Positions 57,501 through 64,000 of a DNA stretch of 64,000 nt are shown in pieces. The notes beneath the pieces are model-generated. The model made no database searches and was not told where the DNA came from. It saw nothing but the letters and a program-made list of their open reading frames with translations. The position numbers and the translations under genes are program-made. How positions within the stretch are numbered: the first letter of the stretch is position 1; every line of letters starts with the position of its first letter. The stretch is from Flaccisagitta enflata (Eukaryota): the NCBI GenBank assembly GCA_965153355.1, contig OZ231126.1:2728001-2792000 (forward strand), read 5' to 3'.

Positions 57501-58397
57501 GGTTTGCGATGCCAAAGTCGATGGTGCCATGGCTATCAAGCCGGGGAAAACGGCGTTGTTTTGTATGCCATTGACGACGTTGGGTAAACCACCTGCACCA
57601 CTTATTAGATATTGAGATGAGCCCAACTGAATGAGGCGCATCGGCTGAGCTATCTGAGCTAATGGGTTTGTATTGTCAGAATGTGGCAACTGTAAAGTGG
57701 TGCCGCCATTAGAAGGTGGCATATTGATGTTGGAATTAGGAGGTGGTGCCAGTAAAAGGGTGCCATTAGAAGCCGTCGTGGACAGATTAGTGTTGGAAGG
57801 GGCCACCAAAAAGATGCCATTGGAACTTATACCATTTGATGGTATCATCGGGAAAGTGTTGTTTGATGAAGCATTTGTTGTCATAGCACTTGATGTTATC
57901 GTTGGTGTTGTTGTTGGTGTTGGTGTTGTTGCTGTTGTTGTTGTTTGTGAAGGAGGCGTCATGAACAGGATTGCATTTGAGGATGCGGAAGAAAGAATGC
58001 CGTTAGAGGCCAAAGTTGTTTGAGATTTGTTGGAAGGTGCCATTAAGATGAAGTTTGAAGATGGCATTGACAAGTTACTATTTACCAATGAGTTGTTGCA
58101 ATTTGAGGATGTAGTTTCATTGAGGCTATTCAAAGATGCCATCAAGTCAATTTCGTTTGCAGATGACGTTGAGTTTTTGCCATCTAAAGAAGCAGATGAA
58201 TTGGAGCCACGCGTAGATGTTGTGGAGATTGTTCCATTTGAAGATATTGATAAAATCTTATTTGTATTGTAAATATCGTTGCCGTTGGTTGCCATTGATG
58301 GCTGTTGATCTCCAAAGATAGCTTTGTTATTGTTGTTGAGGAACGAGGATGAGCCAATGTTGCTTTCATCACATTTCAATGTTGTTGTTTGCTCCAT
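53490..58397 (-). CDS. KDM2/FBXL19: KDM2/FBXL19-family protein (CXXC - PHD - F-box - LRR), no JmjC domain, single 4.9-kb ORF
   Basis: [44 protein letters not shown]; split PHD CKIC...[15 protein letters not shown]...WICLDC; F-box [35 protein letters not shown] and later LRRs typical of the KDM2 C-terminus. Confidence 0.9.
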
Positions 58398-58537
58398 CTT
58401 GCGCTTTATATAATTTCATGTGAATTTCTAAATTTTGTATTGGAAATGAAATATGACCATATATTCACTGAGCTGTGTATAGAGATTAACAGTCGCTTTT
58501 ATGGACTTCGTGGTCAAATACGGTGAAGAATATGTGT

Positions 58538-58588
<51 letters not shown>

Positions 58589-58922
58589 AGAGATATTGCT
58601 CAATAATGCGCCATTCAACACATAAACAATAAATTGTTTTTGAGCGAAATGTGGTACAATAAATAGTCTAATCTACAAGTGTTTAAATAATCATTGGAAA
58701 GTTATGAATATGGCATATGAAAATGGTAGTCATACAAAAATGGTAGAATATGAACATGTGGAAATATGAACATATGAAAATGGTAATGCATGAAAAATGG
58801 TAACATATGCGAAAATAAATGTAACTTTCCTTCTTTCATGGTCATTATTACAGTTGTTATGGTTCAATTGATAAAATGTATAAATTATCAATGTATGGCA
58901 ATCATACTATATTTTGCATGTT

Positions 58923-58965
<43 letters not shown>

Positions 58966-58971
58966 CCGATG

Positions 58972-61900
58972 CTAACATTGTTCCTTTTTCATTGTTCCAT
59001 GGGCGCAATTTGTATCCCATACCTTTTGAATTCTAGGGATGATGTCTCGTAGTATATCTACATCAGTGGAAAAAATGTTTTTAAATGGTATTTTTTGTTC
59101 ATGGTCATAATAATTGAAAGAACGGTATTTAATACAATGGTTCAAACGATGTTCCTCATCATCTACTTCACTACATTCATTACATGTCTCATCATTACTC
59201 CCTTTAAAATTGCGCCCGCAATCCAACATCCCAAATCGTGCTATGATAATTGTTTTTGTTTCTTGTTTAGTACATTGTAGGATTTCATCACATGGTTTTC
59301 TTGTATAAGCATGTGACAGGAGGTTATTTGGGATACTCGAGGTTTTTGTCTTTACTACTTGAACTCCATCAACTGTCTTGTGACAGTCATCGTAGAGGCG
59401 TCTTCTGTTCATTGCCTCTACTTTTTCTTTTACGAGATTGCCCCATTGTCTTTGCGTCATACTTTTTATTGTTTCATAGTCTGTTGGTAAATGATACTCT
59501 GTCAATGTGTCTTTTATGCTTTTACTCCACCCAATGTTCATGGAATCTAAGGTATTGAATGCCTTTTTTGTCCAATGGTCTTCTTCTCTGACAAGTATAC
59601 GATGGAGGTAGTTTAGTCTTTTAATTTCAACACGATGGTCAGTAAAGAGAGTGCCAAGCGTGAAAATGATGGCGGGTGTTGGGGTATGAGCTGGCAGATC
59701 AAATAGATGCTTGAGAGATTGTACCTCTATCTTCTCAAGCTCAGCTTTTTCCCCCCGGTTTAAGGTCCATGACTCAGCGTTGGTCAATAGGCCAGAAACC
59801 GTCACCTTTTCATGGAGTCTAAGTAGTACATCGGTTTCGATTCTTTTGAGTATTTCATTGGCGGCAAAACAGTTAATGCTAGTGGTAGTCGCAAAAGCAT
59901 TATTTTTCCTTGATTCAAGATTTTTCGCGTTTTTTCCGTCATTTGTTAGCAGGTCGCCCAGATATTTGTAAGAGGTCGTTTCTTCGATGGGCATATCACC
60001 AATCATCCATTGTTTTGATTCTTCTGTGTGTCGCCCAATCCTCATGACTTTGCACTTCTCTTGGCCCCAGCAAAGCTTATGTTTTAGTGCAAATTCATGA
60101 ATGTTCTCGAGCATTTTTTCTTGATTTTCGATTCCGTCGACGCATGAGACTACATCATCCACCCACAGTAGGACTGCAATGATGAAATCTGCATCAAGCA
60201 TGAACCCCTCGCCTGTCACTTCCAGTTCTTCGGCGAGGGAATCCATGAGTTTGGCGAACATTCGGCCTGTTAGACGAGAGCCCTGTTTCCCCCCAATTTC
60301 CATTGGGATTTCGCGTGTTGGGCCAAATCGAGTCTTCATGATAGCAGTTAGATTACTGTTAAGATTGTTCAAAATTCGCCATGATTTTCCTCTGAGTCCT
60401 CTGTCCCATAATAATGCAAGCATATCACTATTGCTTGCATTATCATAAGCTTTTTGTACGTCGTAGAAAGTGAAGAAGGAGGCCCTTTTTTGTTTGATGG
60501 CTATGTCAAACATTGCACGCATAAGGAAGAGGTGGTCAAAGGTTGATGCATTTTTTCTACCTCCACCTTGCGCTTGTGTGAAAGGGACCACACTTTCAAT
60601 CCTGTTATCTATGATGGTATCAAATATTGTGCCGATTGCTGAACAGGTGGTAATCCCTCTATAATTTGCTAAATTTTCCCGGTCGTTTTTCCCTTTCCAT
60701 AAACTAGTTATATATCCTGTTATCCATTCCTTGGGAATGGTTTCATCTTCCCATATAGTCTCGATCAAAGGCATGAGAAAGTAGATCATGGCTAGGCCTG
60801 GGCGTTTTAACATTTCATTTTTAATATCAGGTGTAGATTTACCATTCTTTTTAAGATTAATAATTTTTGTAATTTCTTCTATGGTGGGCGGCTGGTTGTA
60901 ACGTGTGTCTTCATGTTGATCATCTTCTGTGTAATTCCTGATCTTCTCTTCCACTTCAATATGGTATGGATGAAATGGATATTCTTTATCTTTATAAAGA
61001 TCCTGGTAGTAGTCCGCCGTTGCTTCTTTAATGCCTTCTGGTGAAAATTGCCTCTGACCATTTCTATCTTTTACAGCCATTGATTCGAGCGTTGGGTCTC
61101 TTGTCATTTGTCTTTTTAAACCCCAGAATGTTTTCCCCGTTGTATCATTTATTATATTCTCTAGTTTTTTCTTTATCTGTTCAGTTTTCTCACGTACGAT
61201 TTCCTCTCTAGTGGTTTCTTGGATCTTCTTGTGGTCTAGAATAAGAAGATCTCTTTTTTCTTTGTCGGTTTCTATTTGTATCTCTTTCTTTAGATCTTTC
61301 TTCATTTGTCTTAATTTCTTTATTTCTTCTGACGTTTTGCCAAATTTACCTTCTTTGAAGGTGGTTTTACCTATCGTTTCTCTGGCTGCATTCTCAATTT
61401 CTCTTAGCCACAAATTGTATCTCTTCTGCAGGGGTTGTGTTTTGTCTGTTATTATTTGTGTGGCTTTATTACGTCTCTTATCAAGTTCATTTTTGAAGTC
61501 TTCCCATTTTTCTGATGGGGCGTTAATGTTCCACCCTACATGTTTCATTACCTTGATCTTTTCTATGTTTGTAATGTTTATATCTATGCATATTGTATTG
61601 TGGTCCGTTTCGTTTATTCCTTTCAATTTGTACAGTCCATCTTCGTCAATCAACATCTCTGAAATCCATTTTTCGGCGTTCTCTGAGGCTAGCAAAAAGT
61701 CAATAGCTGAGTGCTCGTCAGGATTTTTTGTGTTGACTCGCGTTATCCTGCCTTTGCACTTCGGGGTATTATTGACGAGTTTTAGGTTGGTATTTTCTAC
61801 CAACTGTAAAAGGAGTTTACCATTGCGACTAATGGGCTCCCCAAGCAAGCCAATTTTGGCGTTCCCATCCATTGCTAGTAGCACTTCACCTTCTCTTTTC

Positions 61901-62562
61901 ATTTCCTCAATTTCTTCATTTAATAATTGCATTTCTTTTTCGATTTCGCTTTTGTTTGTACGGGTCTCTTGTTTCCCGTAGTAAGTGCCAATCAAAATGG
62001 GTGAAAGGCCTTTCCGATGTATGCTTACCCAGATGATTTCTATGTTGCGTGTGGAAATGATTGTAGTGGCATTAGATTTTAAGTCATTTCGGACATATAT
62101 TCCCACACCGCCACCTGTCCCTTTCTTTCTTATCCTGCTGTAAAACTCATAACCATCGATTTTTCCTCCAGAGTTGTTCCTTAGCTGTGTCTCTGTGAGG
62201 AGAAAAAGATGTGGTTGGTTTTCATCCAGGATTTCGATAAGGCTTGTTTTCTTTCCTTTAAGGCCTCGGATGTTTGAATACATGACCTTAATTTGATTGG
62301 AAAATGTGCCTTTTTTTCCGTTTTTGTGTTTACGGCTGTGGCCAGACTGATTGCCTATAATAGTGGGCATATCTGGTTTATTGTCGGTGTTTATGGAAGT
62401 GACACTTTTTTCTCTGGTGCATGTTATCGTGGTAGGTTCTGGCTCATTTGTGAGGGAGGTTGTTTCTGGTTTGTTAATTGTGTGTGTTGGTAAATGGTTG
62501 TAATCTTCATTATGGGTATTTATGAGTAAATTGGGATAGGTTGTTGTGTCATTGTGGACCAT
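58972..62562 (-). CDS. LINE ORF2: APE endonuclease + reverse transcriptase + CCHC
   Basis: MYSNIRG, LTET, MDGNAK, IDF, TDHN (endonuclease); NYRGI, FYDVQKAYD, KQG, WVDD, YKYLG (RT); CNEC...EEH...C. No stops over 1196 aa. Confidence 0.95.
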   Translation of the reverse strand: MVHNDTTTYPNLLINTHNEDYNHLPTHTINKPETTSLTNEPEPTTITCTREKSVTSINTDNKPDMPTIIGNQSGHSRKHKNGKKGTFSNQIKVMYSNIRGLKGKKTSLIEILDENQPHLFLLTETQLRNNSGGKIDGYEFYSRIRKKGTGGGVGIYVRNDLKSNATTIISTRNIEIIWVSIHRKGLSPILIGTYYGKQETRTNKSEIEKEMQLLNEEIEEMKREGEVLLAMDGNAKIGLLGEPISRNGKLLLQLVENTNLKLVNNTPKCKGRITRVNTKNPDEHSAIDFLLASENAEKWISEMLIDEDGLYKLKGINETDHNTICIDINITNIEKIKVMKHVGWNINAPSEKWEDFKNELDKRRNKATQIITDKTQPLQKRYNLWLREIENAARETIGKTTFKEGKFGKTSEEIKKLRQMKKDLKKEIQIETDKEKRDLLILDHKKIQETTREEIVREKTEQIKKKLENIINDTTGKTFWGLKRQMTRDPTLESMAVKDRNGQRQFSPEGIKEATADYYQDLYKDKEYPFHPYHIEVEEKIRNYTEDDQHEDTRYNQPPTIEEITKIINLKKNGKSTPDIKNEMLKRPGLAMIYFLMPLIETIWEDETIPKEWITGYITSLWKGKNDRENLANYRGITTCSAIGTIFDTIIDNRIESVVPFTQAQGGGRKNASTFDHLFLMRAMFDIAIKQKRASFFTFYDVQKAYDNASNSDMLALLWDRGLRGKSWRILNNLNSNLTAIMKTRFGPTREIPMEIGGKQGSRLTGRMFAKLMDSLAEELEVTGEGFMLDADFIIAVLLWVDDVVSCVDGIENQEKMLENIHEFALKHKLCWGQEKCKVMRIGRHTEESKQWMIGDMPIEETTSYKYLGDLLTNDGKNAKNLESRKNNAFATTTSINCFAANEILKRIETDVLLRLHEKVTVSGLLTNAESWTLNRGEKAELEKIEVQSLKHLFDLPAHTPTPAIIFTLGTLFTDHRVEIKRLNYLHRILVREEDHWTKKAFNTLDSMNIGWSKSIKDTLTEYHLPTDYETIKSMTQRQWGNLVKEKVEAMNRRRLYDDCHKTVDGVQVVKTKTSSIPNNLLSHAYTRKPCDEILQCTKQETKTIIIARFGMLDCGRNFKGSNDETCNECSEVDDEEHRLNHCIKYRSFNYYDHEQKIPFKNIFSTDVDILRDIIPRIQKVWDTNCAHGTMKKEQC

Positions 62563-62574
62563 TTGGATTTCATC

Positions 62575-63996
<1,422 letters not shown>

Positions 63997-64000
63997 ATCG

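Overview
Repeat-rich eukaryotic (almost certainly animal) genomic DNA with spliceosomal GT-AG introns. Most of the ORF track is microsatellite noise. The main result is a minus-strand gene that the ORF track splits into unrelated pieces. A 1055-codon first exon (48013-44848) encodes a permuted papain-like (LRAT/PPPDE-type) peptidase, a NERD-like segment, a Schlafen-like SF1 helicase/NTPase and one transmembrane helix. It has a phase-1 GTAAGT donor that joins in frame to eight Notch-type EGF exons and a KLHDC1/2-like Kelch exon (stop 39646). The predicted product is a ~1700-aa type II membrane protein with intracellular enzymes and an extracellular EGF stalk plus propeller. Other genes: a 3-exon LicD/fukutin-family gene (24340-27869) with a pseudogenic paralog fragment (~49918-50500); an intronless KDM2/FBXL19-like ORF (CXXC-PHD-F-box-LRR, no JmjC); an apparently intact two-ORF LINE; a proline-rich exon disrupted by a CACTG-type transposon; and two unidentified partial genes. 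Intergenic DNA is filled with DINE-1/HINE-like non-autonomous Helentron families and nested hAT, Tc1/mariner, Harbinger and foldback elements. All domain calls come from reading motifs by eye, not from database searches.
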